From an uncultured Candidatus Saccharibacteria bacterium (GTDB lineage: Bacteria; Patescibacteriota; Saccharimonadia; Saccharimonadales; CAZLTB01), in assembly GCA_964562505.1 (NCBI GenBank), contig CAZLTB010000001.1, forward strand, positions 2,024 through 66,023: 64,000 nt of DNA. The letters run 5' to 3'. The notes beneath the pieces were generated by a model. The model saw only the letters and a list, made by a program, of their open reading frames with translations, did not search any database and was not told where the DNA came from. Shown here one piece after another: positions 9,947 through 20,340 of the stretch (positions are counted from its first letter, which is position 1; each line of letters starts with the position of its first letter). The position numbers were made by a program, and so were the translations under genes.

Positions 9947-10684
9947 ATGGTGAGTTTGAAGCCTAAGAGTGGCTTTTCTCATTTTTTCCACTTGGCGCTA
10001 AACGCCTTACTGCCCGCCTTAATATTTATTTTAGTAAGAATACACTTTGTTCCGCTCGCTGCTGCTCTGATCATACTATCCAAGTGGCGGATGTTTGCGG
10101 TTCGCCCTAGGTATTGGCCGGCAAACATAAGGGCCAACATGGTCGACATAATGGTCGGGATCTCAGCGGTTATTTTTATGGCTCATACTCCAAGTGCCGG
10201 CTGGCAACTGTTTTGGGCAACAGCCTACGGCCTATGGTTAGTGTTACTGAAGCCCGGCTCAAGCGTATTGCATGTCTCGCTTCAGGCTGCAGTTGCTCAG
10301 TTATGTGCACTTACGGCGCTATTTCTTAATTGGGGTGATGCTTCACTCCTGGTTCTGGTAGTTGCCGCTTGGGCAATATGTTATCTGATTGCGAGGCACT
10401 TCTTCACGAGCTTTGATGAGCCACATGCTCCACTCTATGCCCACACCTGGGGTTATTTTGCGGCTGCTTTGACTTGGGTCCTCGGGCATTGGTTATTATT
10501 TTATGGAACACTTGCACAACCAACCCTACTTCTATCGGTGATAGGGTGCGGTATAGCTACTTTGTATTATCTAGATCAAACTGACCGGCTTAGTTTGTTT
10601 ATGCGTCGGCAGTTTATATTTATCATGGTCGCCGTTGTGGTTGTGGTATTGGTATTTTCCAATTGGGGTGATAGAACAATCTAA
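9947..10684 (+). CDS. Polytopic membrane protein of unknown function
   Basis: 245 aa with about 7 hydrophobic helices and no recognisable motif. Confidence 0.55.
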   Translation: MVSLKPKSGFSHFFHLALNALLPALIFILVRIHFVPLAAALIILSKWRMFAVRPRYWPANIRANMVDIMVGISAVIFMAHTPSAGWQLFWATAYGLWLVLLKPGSSVLHVSLQAAVAQLCALTALFLNWGDASLLVLVVAAWAICYLIARHFFTSFDEPHAPLYAHTWGYFAAALTWVLGHWLLFYGTLAQPTLLLSVIGCGIATLYYLDQTDRLSLFMRRQFIFIMVAVVVVVLVFSNWGDRTI

Positions 10685-10713
10685 AGTCAATAACGTGGGA
10701 GGGGAACGCACAG

Positions 10714-11910
10714 ATGAATGAGGTTAATAAGGCTTCAACACCTAAAATGCTGTCAAATGGGCCGAAGCGCACTACACTATTGGTCTTGGTATTTTTTGTT
10801 TTAGTTAGCTGTGCTGCAGGATTCGTTGGCGGTTGGTTTGGAGCTGAGGGCAGACAACAGACCCAGCAGGGCATTAACAGCGCCAGCCAACAGATAGTTT
10901 CAGGTGAGAGCCAGCTTATTAGCCAGATTGCCAAAGATGTCAGTCCGAGCGTAGTTTCTATCGACGTTACCAGCCAGGCAACAACCAACTTTGGTTTTTT
11001 TGGTCCGAGACAGACTCAGCAACAAAGTGCTGGCACGGGGGTAATTATTAGCAGTGACGGGGTAATCATCACTAATCGACACGTTGTCCCGGCTGGCACG
11101 ACTAGTGTTAGCGTGACTTTATCCAATGGAACTAAGCTCGACAATGTTAGCGTTATCGGAAAGACGGCTGATGGCGACTCATTAGATGTTGCGTTCCTCA
11201 AAATCAAAGACGCCAAGGGTGAAAAACTTAAAGCTGCCAAAATTGGAGACTCAAGCAAAATGCAAGTAGGGGATAAAGTTATTGCTATTGGCAATGCGCT
11301 CGGCCAGTTTCAAAACACTGTGACCGCCGGGATCATTTCTGGTTATGGCCGAAGTGTAGAAGCTGGTGATGCCACGGGCAATAGCAGCGAGACGCTTCAG
11401 GATCTTTTCCAGACCGACGCTGCCATCAATGAAGGAAATTCCGGTGGTCCCTTGGTCAATATAAGTAGCGAAGTTATAGCCATTAATACGGCCATTGCCG
11501 GCGGGCAGGCTCAAAACATTGGCTTTGCCATTCCGGTGGGTGATCTACAGGGATTAATCAAAAGTGTTTTAACCAAGGGCAAGCTTGAGAGGCCATACCT
11601 AGGCGTCCATTATGTAAATCTGACTGATGACTTGGCATATCAAAATAATTTAACGGTTAAACGAGGCGCATATATTATACCTAGCTCAAATGGGCAAAGC
11701 TCTATTATAGCCGGCAGCCCAGCAGCCAAAGCTAATCTAAAAGACAAAGACATAATAATTAAAATAGATAATGATAGCATTGATGAGAACCATAGCCTGG
11801 TTGCGCTGATCAACAAACACTCCGTCGGAGACGAGGTTACATTGACCATTGTTCGTGACGGAAAACAACAGACTATTAAAACTAGGCTGGAAGCATCGCC
11901 TAGCGGATAA
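10714..11910 (+). CDS. HtrA/DegP-family serine protease with a PDZ domain
   Basis: An N-terminal TM helix, the trypsin-like motif GNSGGPL and a C-terminal PDZ domain. Confidence 0.85.
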   Translation: MNEVNKASTPKMLSNGPKRTTLLVLVFFVLVSCAAGFVGGWFGAEGRQQTQQGINSASQQIVSGESQLISQIAKDVSPSVVSIDVTSQATTNFGFFGPRQTQQQSAGTGVIISSDGVIITNRHVVPAGTTSVSVTLSNGTKLDNVSVIGKTADGDSLDVAFLKIKDAKGEKLKAAKIGDSSKMQVGDKVIAIGNALGQFQNTVTAGIISGYGRSVEAGDATGNSSETLQDLFQTDAAINEGNSGGPLVNISSEVIAINTAIAGGQAQNIGFAIPVGDLQGLIKSVLTKGKLERPYLGVHYVNLTDDLAYQNNLTVKRGAYIIPSSNGQSSIIAGSPAAKANLKDKDIIIKIDNDSIDENHSLVALINKHSVGDEVTLTIVRDGKQQTIKTRLEASPSG

Positions 11911-12703
11911 ATACTTGGATAAAATCGTCAGTTTTCAGCAATTCGTAATCCGTTAATTGAGCAATTTTGACTAATTCAACCTGTTGAAATGGTAAAGATT
12001 CAGTTAAAACGTATCTTGGAAACATTGAATTTTTTGCAATCTGACCGAATAATCGTCGGTAAAGATCAAGCCCATCTGGTCCGCCAAAAATGGCAATGCT
12101 AGGCTCCATGGCTGCAGCTTGATTTACATGGTAGTTGTCTGGCACGTACGGTAGGTTAGCCAATATCACGTCGTAAGGTTTTGTTGCGCTGCCCAGAAGA
12201 TCCGAATTTTTTATTGAAACATCTACGTTAAAGTGTTGTTTATTTTTTTCACAAATCTTAATTGCTTCATCATCAAGCTCAAGCATTTCCACCGTAATAT
12301 TAGGTAGTTCGAGTTTTGCTGTGATGCCAAGAGCTCCTGAGCCCGCGCCGACATCTACAAGGTTAAATGGTTGTTTTATTTTCAACGATTTTAATAAGTC
12401 AATCACGGTTTCGGACTCTGGGCGTGGCTCTAGCACGTGTTTATTGATAATAAATTCGCGGCCATAGAACTCAGATTTACCTCTTAAATAAGCCAGAGGT
12501 TCATGGCTCATCCGTCGTTTTAGTTGTCTTTCTAATTGCTCGACTTCTTTTTTGTTTAATTCAAACTCTGGATGGGCCAATAGCCAACTACGGTCTTTCC
12601 TGATGAGATCTTCTAATAAAACAGTACAGTCAAGCCGGGCGGTGGCTATACCAGCGTCTTCAAGCTTTCTCGTATTCTCGCTTAGCCATTCTTTAATTTT
12701 CAT
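11900..12703 (-). CDS. prmC: Release-factor glutamine N5-methyltransferase PrmC (HemK)
   Basis: NLPY motif (ILANLPYVP), SAM-binding site VDVGAGSG; overlaps prfA by 11 nt. Confidence 0.85.
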   Translation of the reverse strand: MKIKEWLSENTRKLEDAGIATARLDCTVLLEDLIRKDRSWLLAHPEFELNKKEVEQLERQLKRRMSHEPLAYLRGKSEFYGREFIINKHVLEPRPESETVIDLLKSLKIKQPFNLVDVGAGSGALGITAKLELPNITVEMLELDDEAIKICEKNKQHFNVDVSIKNSDLLGSATKPYDVILANLPYVPDNYHVNQAAAMEPSIAIFGGPDGLDLYRRLFGQIAKNSMFPRYVLTESLPFQQVELVKIAQLTDYELLKTDDFIQVFIR

Positions 12704-13748
12704 TATTCATTATTTGCCGCTCATAGGCGAGGAGCTTTTCAATTAGGTCGTCGATTTCGCCGTTTAGTGCTCCAGGGATATTACTGCGACTATATCCGAT
12801 TCTGTGGTCAGTAATGCGGTCTTGAGGGAAGTTATAAGTACGTATCTTCTCTGAGCGGTCGCCCGTGCCAATCAATTTTTTACGTGCATCACTAAGTTGT
12901 TTGACGTCTTCATCAATCTTCATTTGCAACAGCCGTGACCTGAGCACACTCATCGCTTTAGCCTTATTTTTGATTTGCGACTTTTCATCTTGGTTGGCGA
13001 CAACAAGCCCGGTTGGCAAGTGAGTAATGCGCACTGCCGAGTCGGTTGTATTAACGGATTGGCCACCGTGTCCGCCAGAACGAAAGACGTCTATGCGTAA
13101 ATCAGAATCCTTGATGTCGATGTCAGTCTCCTCAGCTTCTGGCATTACGGCCACAGTAACTGTAGAAGTATGAACGCGCCCCTGGCTTTCGGTGACAGGC
13201 ACACGTTGAACCCGGTGCACCCCAGCTTCAAATTTTAGATTTCGATAAGCGTCAATACCGTGCACTGCAAAAATTATTTCTTTAAAACCGCCGGCCTCGG
13301 AGGAGCTTTCACTTATAAGCTCTGTCTTGTATTCGTGAGTTTCACACCAACGAACGTACATTCTATAAAGTTCTCCGGCGAAAAGACTGGCTTCATCACC
13401 GCCCGCAGCAGCTCGAATTTCTAAAATAACATCTTTCTCATCATTGGGGTCACGCGGCGTCAGTCGTTCGTTTAGATGATCTTCGATGGTCTGCAACTTA
13501 GTATCTGTTTCATCAAGTTCTTGCTGTGCCAGCTCTGCCAGTTCGTCACCACTCATGGTCAGTTCAGAGGCCTCTTGGTAAGCAGTTTTTAAACGGCTAC
13601 GTTGATCAAATAACGCGAGCGTTTCTTCAAGATGAGCGAGCCGTTTAGCAAGTTTTGGGTAATCTTTCGAAGAAAAAATCTCAGGATCTTGCAGTTTTTG
13701 TTGCAATGCAGAATATTCCTCGCGTAGGGCCTTTTCTTTATGATCCAT
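12693..13748 (-). CDS. prfA: Peptide chain release factor 1
   Basis: GGQ motif together with the RF1-specific PVT tripeptide. Confidence 0.9.
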   Translation of the reverse strand: MDHKEKALREEYSALQQKLQDPEIFSSKDYPKLAKRLAHLEETLALFDQRSRLKTAYQEASELTMSGDELAELAQQELDETDTKLQTIEDHLNERLTPRDPNDEKDVILEIRAAAGGDEASLFAGELYRMYVRWCETHEYKTELISESSSEAGGFKEIIFAVHGIDAYRNLKFEAGVHRVQRVPVTESQGRVHTSTVTVAVMPEAEETDIDIKDSDLRIDVFRSGGHGGQSVNTTDSAVRITHLPTGLVVANQDEKSQIKNKAKAMSVLRSRLLQMKIDEDVKQLSDARKKLIGTGDRSEKIRTYNFPQDRITDHRIGYSRSNIPGALNGEIDDLIEKLLAYERQIMNNEN

Positions 13749-13804
13749 AGGAATAAGTTTACAGTAAAATTTTTGGCCGTTAGCTATCTAGCTTCTAGTT
13801 TTGC

Positions 13805-14155
13805 TTACTTTTCAGTAGCGTCGTTGATTTTCTTTTCTAACTTTTCGGTCTTGGCAATCTTACGCTTATCTTTTTTGCTGGCAGCCTTTTTTAAAGTTTC
13901 AGCGCGGGCTTTAGCTTCTTCCTGACGGGCTTTGAACTTATCAACTCGTCCCTCGATGTCTACAAGTTTCTCTTGACCGGTAAAGAAGGGATGTGAGCTG
14001 CTTGAAATATGTACCTTTACGAGTGGATAATCTACGCCATCAAGTTTGATTGTTTCTTCAGTTATAACAGTAGAACGGGTCACAAAAGTTGTGCCGTCAT
14101 TAAGATCCTGAAACACTACAGGTCGATAGTTGTCGGGATGTAAGTCCTTTTTCAT
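13805..14155 (-). CDS. rpmE: Ribosomal protein L31, non-zinc B-type, with a Lys-rich C-terminal extension
   Basis: [10 protein letters not shown]...FTG core. The likely start is Met22 of the 137-aa track ORF. An extra ~40-aa K/E-rich tail follows the core. Confidence 0.8.
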   Translation of the reverse strand: MKKDLHPDNYRPVVFQDLNDGTTFVTRSTVITEETIKLDGVDYPLVKVHISSSSHPFFTGQEKLVDIEGRVDKFKARQEEAKARAETLKKAASKKDKRKIAKTEKLEKKINDATEK

Positions 14156-14316
14156 AACTGCTGCAGTATACACATCTGTTGATCTCTGGTCAATGCTTGG
14201 TAAGTTTCTATTTTGCAATTCTATGGCCTCTCTGTTAGAATTTGTTTACTGTTCATTAATCAGGCGAGGCGATAATCCTCCTCATCAGAGCCGTGTAGGG
14301 CTGATGTAGGCAAGCC

Positions 14317-15081
14317 TTGTCGAAGGGAAAGGATTTATTCATGGCTACACCAGACGTAGACATCAAGAAGTTATTAGAAGCCGGGGCACATTTCGGGCAC
14401 AAAACAAGTCGTTGGCACCCCAAGATGGCGCCATTTATTCATAGTAAACGTGGCGGTAGTCACATAATCGACTTGACCCAAACGGTTAGTCATCTGGAGA
14501 CCGCATTAGATTTCATCGAGAAAACGGCATCAGAAGGCAAGCAAATCCTGTTTGTTGGCACTAAGCGCCAGGCCCACGATATAGTAAAAGATCTAGCCGA
14601 AACGCTCGGACAACCTTATGTGGTGGAACGATGGCTGGGTGGCATGTTGACTAATCGCGATACCATCGGCGGGCGCGTTAAATATTTAAAAGACCTAGAA
14701 GCCAAAATGGAAAACGGTCAGTTAGCCAGCAAATACAGCAAGCTGGAGGTCCAACGCTACCAGGAGGAAATCGACGAGATGAACCACATCTACGGAGGCA
14801 TAAAAAATATGGCTGCCAAGCCTGGAGCACTTGTGGCATTCGATGTAATTCATGACATTAACGCTATACGAGAAGCACGTAAGCTCAGTGTGCCAATAGT
14901 AGCATTGGTTGATACAAACGCTGATCCAAGTCTGGTAGATTATCCCGTGCCGAGCAATGATGATGCCATAAAAACCATAAAATTAATTGCAGATTATATG
15001 AAAGTCGCGGTTGAAGCTGGCAAAACTCAGCATACTAAAAAGAGTGAAAAGCAGGCAGCCAAAGAAGGGGCAAAAGAGTAA
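14317..15081 (+). CDS. rpsB: Ribosomal protein S2
   Basis: Typical S2 N-terminus (GAHFGHKTSRWHPKM); the true start may be Met9 at 14341. Confidence 0.9.
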   Translation: MSKGKDLFMATPDVDIKKLLEAGAHFGHKTSRWHPKMAPFIHSKRGGSHIIDLTQTVSHLETALDFIEKTASEGKQILFVGTKRQAHDIVKDLAETLGQPYVVERWLGGMLTNRDTIGGRVKYLKDLEAKMENGQLASKYSKLEVQRYQEEIDEMNHIYGGIKNMAAKPGALVAFDVIHDINAIREARKLSVPIVALVDTNADPSLVDYPVPSNDDAIKTIKLIADYMKVAVEAGKTQHTKKSEKQAAKEGAKE

Positions 15082-15680
15082 TGGCGGAAATATCAACTGA
15101 TGAAATCAAACGACTTCGCGAACTAACGGGCGTAGGTATTACGGACGCCAAAGCCGCACTAGTGGAGTCAAAAGGTGATTTTGATAAAGCACTGACCGCT
15201 ATGCGAAAAAAAGGTCTAACGAAAGCTGAAAAGCGTGGCGAGCGCGAAGCCAGAGCTGGTGTAATCGGTACTTATAACCATGACGGCCGAATTGGCGTTC
15301 TTGTAGAAATAAATTGCGAGACTGACTTTGTGGCTAGAAACGAGCTGTTTACTAATCTCATAAAAGATATTGCTATGCATATTGCAGCTAGCGCTCCTGA
15401 ATTTGTCGGTTCTGACGATATTCCTGAAGAAGTAAGAAGTGCTAAAAAAACTGAATTTGCCGACAAGGCAAAATCTGAAGGCAAGCCAGAGAAAATGATT
15501 GATAATATTGTTGACGGCATGCTCAAAAAACATTTTGCCGAACTCTGCTTACTTGACCAGCCATTTGTTAAGAATCCTGACCAGACCGTTGGAGATTATG
15601 TCAAAGAACACATAGCCAAACTTGGTGAAAATATTGTCGTTCGACGCTTCAGTCGCATGGTCCTTGGTGAACTTCAGTAG
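15081..15680 (+). CDS. tsf: Elongation factor Ts
   Basis: LRELTGVGITDAKAAL UBA-like N-terminus; short (199 aa) form; 1-nt overlap with rpsB. Confidence 0.88.
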   Translation: MAEISTDEIKRLRELTGVGITDAKAALVESKGDFDKALTAMRKKGLTKAEKRGEREARAGVIGTYNHDGRIGVLVEINCETDFVARNELFTNLIKDIAMHIAASAPEFVGSDDIPEEVRSAKKTEFADKAKSEGKPEKMIDNIVDGMLKKHFAELCLLDQPFVKNPDQTVGDYVKEHIAKLGENIVVRRFSRMVLGELQ

Positions 15681-15704
15681 TACAATCAAATAGAAGAGGG
15701 TGTT

Positions 15705-16268
15705 ATGAGTCCACAGCAATTAGTTGAACAGGCAAAAACTAAATTTCAGCAAGCGGTGAGTCATTTCCAGGATGAGCTGAAAAAAGTCCGAACTGGCCGG
15801 GCGCATCCCAGTATGCTCGACGGCGTTATGGTGGAAGCTTATGGAACCCCCATGCCACTAATTCAAGTAGCCAGCATCACAGCACCTGAAGGTCAGTTAC
15901 TGCAAATTACCCCATTTGACCCTAGCAATCTACAGGCTATCTCAACTGCCATAAGAGACAATGCATCTCTTGGGCTTAATCCTGCTGACGATGGGCGGGT
16001 GGTGAGAGTACCGATACCACCATTGACCGAAGAGCGACGGCGTGAATACGTAAAAGTTGTAAGTACAAAGGCAGAAGACTGCATGGTAAGTATGCGAGCT
16101 GCTCGTCACGAATTTCTAAAAGAAATTGAGCAGGCCAAAAAAGACAAAGATATTGGTGAAGACGAAGCAAAAAGGATCACTAAACAGATAGATGATGCTA
16201 TGTCTCAGGCTAAAAATGAAGTTGACGAAGCTGCTAAAGCTAAAGAACAAGAAATCTTAACTGTTTAA
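15705..16268 (+). CDS. frr: Ribosome recycling factor
   Basis: 187 aa with a typical RRF sequence (RTGRAHPSMLD...). Confidence 0.88.
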   Translation: MSPQQLVEQAKTKFQQAVSHFQDELKKVRTGRAHPSMLDGVMVEAYGTPMPLIQVASITAPEGQLLQITPFDPSNLQAISTAIRDNASLGLNPADDGRVVRVPIPPLTEERRREYVKVVSTKAEDCMVSMRAARHEFLKEIEQAKKDKDIGEDEAKRITKQIDDAMSQAKNEVDEAAKAKEQEILTV

Positions 16269-16284
16269 GCTATAATATCTCTAC

Positions 16285-16971
16285 ATGTCTGACGATGCTG
16301 TTTTACCCACTCACGTAGGTATTATTCTTGACGGAAATCGCCGCTGGGCGAAGCAGGAAGGGTTGCCAACACTTGAGGGCCATAGGCGCGGAGCCGAAGT
16401 TCTAAAAGAGATAGCAAAACATGCTTATCAGCGCGGCATAAAACATATATCGGCTTACATTTTTTCGACTGAAAACTGGCGACGTACCGAGCAGGAGGTA
16501 GGTTACCTCATGGATCTAGCCGTAAAGGCTTTTGAGAAGTATCTGGATGAATTCAATAAAGATGGAATTCGAGTTGTCATTTTAGGCAGACGCGATGGCT
16601 TAAGAACCAAGGTGCTTGATGTTATAAAGCGCACAGAGGAAGTCACTAAAAATAACTCTAAAGGTACTCTGGCTCTTTGTTTTAACTATGGTGGCAGAGA
16701 TGAAATAGTAGATGCTGCTAATAATTTGGTTGAGGCTGGTCAGGACGTTACAGAAGAGTCATTGACAAATTCACTCTACCAACCTGAACTGCCGGACCTA
16801 GATTTAGTAATCCGCACCTCTGGTGAACAGCGACTAAGTGGTTTTATGATGTGGCGGGCAATGTATGCAGAACTTTATTTTAGTCCTGTAATGTGGCCAG
16901 CATATTCAACAACCGATTTTGATGAAGCCATTGCTGATTACACAAGGCGTAAAAGAAGGTTTGGAGAGTAA
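16285..16971 (+). CDS. uppS: Undecaprenyl-diphosphate synthase
   Basis: cis-prenyltransferase motifs ILDGNRRWA and RTSGEQRLS. Confidence 0.88.
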   Translation: MSDDAVLPTHVGIILDGNRRWAKQEGLPTLEGHRRGAEVLKEIAKHAYQRGIKHISAYIFSTENWRRTEQEVGYLMDLAVKAFEKYLDEFNKDGIRVVILGRRDGLRTKVLDVIKRTEEVTKNNSKGTLALCFNYGGRDEIVDAANNLVEAGQDVTEESLTNSLYQPELPDLDLVIRTSGEQRLSGFMMWRAMYAELYFSPVMWPAYSTTDFDEAIADYTRRKRRFGE

Positions 16972-18144
16972 ATGGCACTATTCTTGCTGATTCTTGGGCT
17001 GGTTTTGTTCGTAAGTCTGGTGGTTGTACATGAACTCGGTCATTTTATAGCCGCTCGTCGTAACGGGGTAAAAGTTGAGGAATTCGGCATCTTTTTTCCA
17101 CCGCGCCTCTTTAAAAAGCGTATGAAGAACGGGTACGATTTTACTATAAATTTATTGCCGCTTGGTGGATTTGTAAGACTCAAAGGTGAGCACGATGCCG
17201 ATAAGCAACCTGGTAGCTTTGGTGCTGCAAGTCTAAAAAACAAGACCAAAATAATGCTAGCTGGAGTCGTTATGAATTTGTTGGTGGCGCTTGTTCTATT
17301 CACGATTGTGGCATGGCTTGGTATGCCCAAACTTTTGACCAAAGACACAGTTGGCCAGGATCAGTTTACGGTCGCAAGTGATACTAAAATTATTAAAGAT
17401 GTTCAAAATAAGGGGATTGTTAAAGTCGATCAGATTATAAATGATAGCCCGGCTCAAAAAATCGGCTTGTCGAACAATGACCAGATCTTGGCGGTGGCTG
17501 GCATAACAATTGATTCACCCGGGAAACTATCGGCAACGACCAAAGCCAATGTCGGCAAAATGGTTACCATTGTCTTTAAACATAGCGAAGAAGCCACGCC
17601 TATTACTAAATCAGTCCAACTTAATAATCAATCACCATATCTGGGTGTCGGCAGCTATTCTGCCGAAAGCGGCGCTCAAATCCGTCGCTCTACTTGGTCA
17701 GCTCCTGTTGTAGCTACGGGACTTACAATACAGATGACGAGATTAACATTTAAGGGTCTGTGGACTGCAGTTAAGGGTTTTGGGCAATGGCTGGCTGGAC
17801 TTGCGACTCATAATAAGACACAACGTCAAACTGGCCAACAACAAGCTACTGAGCAAGTAGTTGGACCAGTCGGAATTTACTTCATATTGAAAGATATTGC
17901 CCACACAGGGCTAACTCTCCTACTTTTCCTAATTGCAACAATCTCTTTGGCCCTAGCTATTATGAATCTATTGCCCATACCAGCCCTAGACGGGGGGCGA
18001 CTCTATTTACTACTTATTACGCGCAAACTTACTGGCAAGCCTTTGTCGAAGAATCTTGAGGAAAAAATAGTCGGTACCAGCTTTGCGCTGATTATGGCAC
18101 TTTTTATTTTGATAACCATTGTTGACATACACAGGCCACATTAA
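16972..18144 (+). CDS. RseP-like site-2 (M50) zinc metalloprotease with a PDZ domain
   Basis: HELGHF near the N-terminus, an internal PDZ domain and the LLPIPALDGG motif. Confidence 0.85.
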   Translation: MALFLLILGLVLFVSLVVVHELGHFIAARRNGVKVEEFGIFFPPRLFKKRMKNGYDFTINLLPLGGFVRLKGEHDADKQPGSFGAASLKNKTKIMLAGVVMNLLVALVLFTIVAWLGMPKLLTKDTVGQDQFTVASDTKIIKDVQNKGIVKVDQIINDSPAQKIGLSNNDQILAVAGITIDSPGKLSATTKANVGKMVTIVFKHSEEATPITKSVQLNNQSPYLGVGSYSAESGAQIRRSTWSAPVVATGLTIQMTRLTFKGLWTAVKGFGQWLAGLATHNKTQRQTGQQQATEQVVGPVGIYFILKDIAHTGLTLLLFLIATISLALAIMNLLPIPALDGGRLYLLLITRKLTGKPLSKNLEEKIVGTSFALIMALFILITIVDIHRPH

Positions 18145-18146
18145 AT

Positions 18147-18914
18147 ATGGGTGATCTCGAAGAGGGTGCGAAAGGACACGACTACAAATGGGGTCCAGCT
18201 GCTGCATTAATTGTAACTGTCGGAATATATTTTGTTTCCCAAATCATTGCCGGGATTGTCATATCGCTTTATCCATTGCTTAAACACTGGAACTACGCTC
18301 AAACGACTAAATGGTTAGAGCAGTCAGTATTTGGACAGTTTTTCTTTATAGTTATAGTAGAAGCGATCACGCTATGGTTACTTTGGATATTTTTAAAACG
18401 TCGGCACGCTAAGCCATCAGATATAGCACTTAGATCTCCGAGACTACTAGACATTGCCTATGCCTTAGCCGGCTTTGGCGTCTACTTTGCCTCGTACAGA
18501 TTAATTGTTCGACTTGTTCATGGTTTAGTACCTAGTTTGAATCTTGAACAAAAACAAGAGCTAGGTTTTAGCACATCCATAAGCGGCAATCTGTTAATAC
18601 TTGTTTTCATTAGCTTAGTGATACTGCCGCCTTTTACTGAAGAAATATTAATGCGCGGCTTTTTATATACTGGACTTAAGTCTAAGCTCAAAAAGATTAC
18701 CGCTGCGATTATTACTAGCGTGCTTTTTGCAGCAGCGCATCTTCAAGCGGGCAGTGGGCATGATCTACTCTGGGTAGCAGCTATCGACACATTTACTTTA
18801 TCGTTGATACTAGTCTATTTAAGAGAGAAAACGAATAGCCTATGGGCGTCTATATTCACTCACATGCTTAAAAACGGATTAGCCTTCACGTTTCTGTTTA
18901 TATTTAAGGTGTAA
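18147..18914 (+). CDS. CPBP/CAAX-family intramembrane protease
   Basis: EEILMRGF and FAAAH motifs with multiple TM helices. Confidence 0.75.
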   Translation: MGDLEEGAKGHDYKWGPAAALIVTVGIYFVSQIIAGIVISLYPLLKHWNYAQTTKWLEQSVFGQFFFIVIVEAITLWLLWIFLKRRHAKPSDIALRSPRLLDIAYALAGFGVYFASYRLIVRLVHGLVPSLNLEQKQELGFSTSISGNLLILVFISLVILPPFTEEILMRGFLYTGLKSKLKKITAAIITSVLFAAAHLQAGSGHDLLWVAAIDTFTLSLILVYLREKTNSLWASIFTHMLKNGLAFTFLFIFKV

Positions 18915-19021
18915 ATAAGACAAACCTACGGTTTTTCTCATCGCGCCGGGGAAATGGAATACATTTCTCTCGGGCTGCTCTTTTCCCTTAGTGGGGGTGT
19001 AAGGTACAATGGCTAATTAAG

Positions 19022-20272
19022 ATGAGACTATCAAAATTATTCACTAAAACGGTCCGAAATGCTCCGGCTGATGAGTCAGCAAAAAACGCGCAGTTGCTCA
19101 TCCGTGCTGGCTATGTCCACAAAGAAATGGCTGGTGTGTACAGCTTCTTACCCCTTGGATTGACCGTACTTAACAACATCGCCAACGTTATCCGAGAAGA
19201 AATGAATCAAGTAGGTGGGCAGGAAATTCTTATGCCGGCCTTGCAGATTAAAGAACGTTACATAGCTACCGGACGCTGGGATGACAAGGTTGTGGATGAT
19301 TGGTTTAAGACCAAACTGGTTAATGGGACTGAGGTGGGTTTAGGTTTTTCGCACGAGGAAAATTTGTCTCCACTTGTAAAAAATTTCGCAACCTCTTACA
19401 AAGACTTACCCATAGCGCCATATCAAATCCAGACTAAATTCCGGAATGAACTTAGGTCCAAGAGCGGTTTGATGCGCGGCAGAGAGTTTCTTATGAAGGA
19501 TATGTACTCGTATGCAATTTCTAAAGAGCAGCACGAAGCATTTTATAAAGAGGTCCAGGATGCCTACGGAGAAATATTCAAACGACTTGGCATTGGTGAA
19601 CAGACGTTTTTAACTTCAGCAAGTGGGGGCAGCTTTAGTAAATATAGTCATGAATTTCAAACTCTATCTGAGGCAGGTGAGGATACCATTTATCTGGATC
19701 GTCACAAAAAAATTGCTATTAATAAAGAAGTTTTTACGGATGAAGTTATTGCTGATCTGGGGCTTAAAAAACAAGAACTAGAGGAAGTAAAGGCAATCGA
19801 AGTTGGCAATATCTTTAGCCTAGGCACCAAATTTTCTGAGCCTTTTGGCCTCAAACTGCCTGATAAAGATGGCAAACAGACTAACCTTATAATGGGTTGT
19901 TATGGCATTGGAGTTAGTCGCGCTATGGGTACTATTGCGGAATTAATGAGTGACGATAAGGGCCTAGTGTGGCCAAATAATATTGCGCCCGCAAAGGTTT
20001 ACTTAGCTAGGCTAGATAATATATCAAATGTGATATCAAAAGCCGATGAGTTATATGAGAACTTGACCAAGGCAGGAGTTGCGGTACTATATGATGACCG
20101 TGATGCACGTCCCGGTGAAAAGTTCGCCGACGCTGATCTACTCGGAATTCCGTATCGATTGGTTATCAGCGAAAAAACAGTTAAAGCTGGCAAATACGAG
20201 CTTAAACATCGTAAAAAAGATGACAGCAGGTTGCTAAGTCAAGACGAAATCTCAAGTGTTCTAGTTGCCTAG
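19022..20272 (+). CDS. proS: Prolyl-tRNA synthetase, minimal 416-aa form without the bacterial INS editing domain
   Basis: Class II aaRS motifs and an anticodon-binding domain. The length is far shorter than the ~570-aa bacterial type. Confidence 0.8.
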   Translation: MRLSKLFTKTVRNAPADESAKNAQLLIRAGYVHKEMAGVYSFLPLGLTVLNNIANVIREEMNQVGGQEILMPALQIKERYIATGRWDDKVVDDWFKTKLVNGTEVGLGFSHEENLSPLVKNFATSYKDLPIAPYQIQTKFRNELRSKSGLMRGREFLMKDMYSYAISKEQHEAFYKEVQDAYGEIFKRLGIGEQTFLTSASGGSFSKYSHEFQTLSEAGEDTIYLDRHKKIAINKEVFTDEVIADLGLKKQELEEVKAIEVGNIFSLGTKFSEPFGLKLPDKDGKQTNLIMGCYGIGVSRAMGTIAELMSDDKGLVWPNNIAPAKVYLARLDNISNVISKADELYENLTKAGVAVLYDDRDARPGEKFADADLLGIPYRLVISEKTVKAGKYELKHRKKDDSRLLSQDEISSVLVA

Positions 20273-20282
20273 ACGGCAAGTT

Positions 20283-20291
20283 TGGTATAAT
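20283..20291 (+). promoter_or_regulatory. Extended -10 element (TGGTATAAT) upstream of greA
   Basis: TGnTATAAT lies about 50 nt upstream of greA, with a TAAGGAG RBS at 20323-20329. Confidence 0.5.
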
Positions 20292-20340
20292 CGTATATAT
20301 ACAGGGAACAGAGACAGTCTTATAAGGAGTATATTCTGTT

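Noticed and set aside
18915-19021. Possible T-box leader upstream of proS (the TTAGTGGGGGTGTAAGG segment loosely resembles a T-box motif)
   Set aside because: The region is only 107 nt, lacks a specifier-loop or antiterminator architecture, and matches the T-box consensus poorly.
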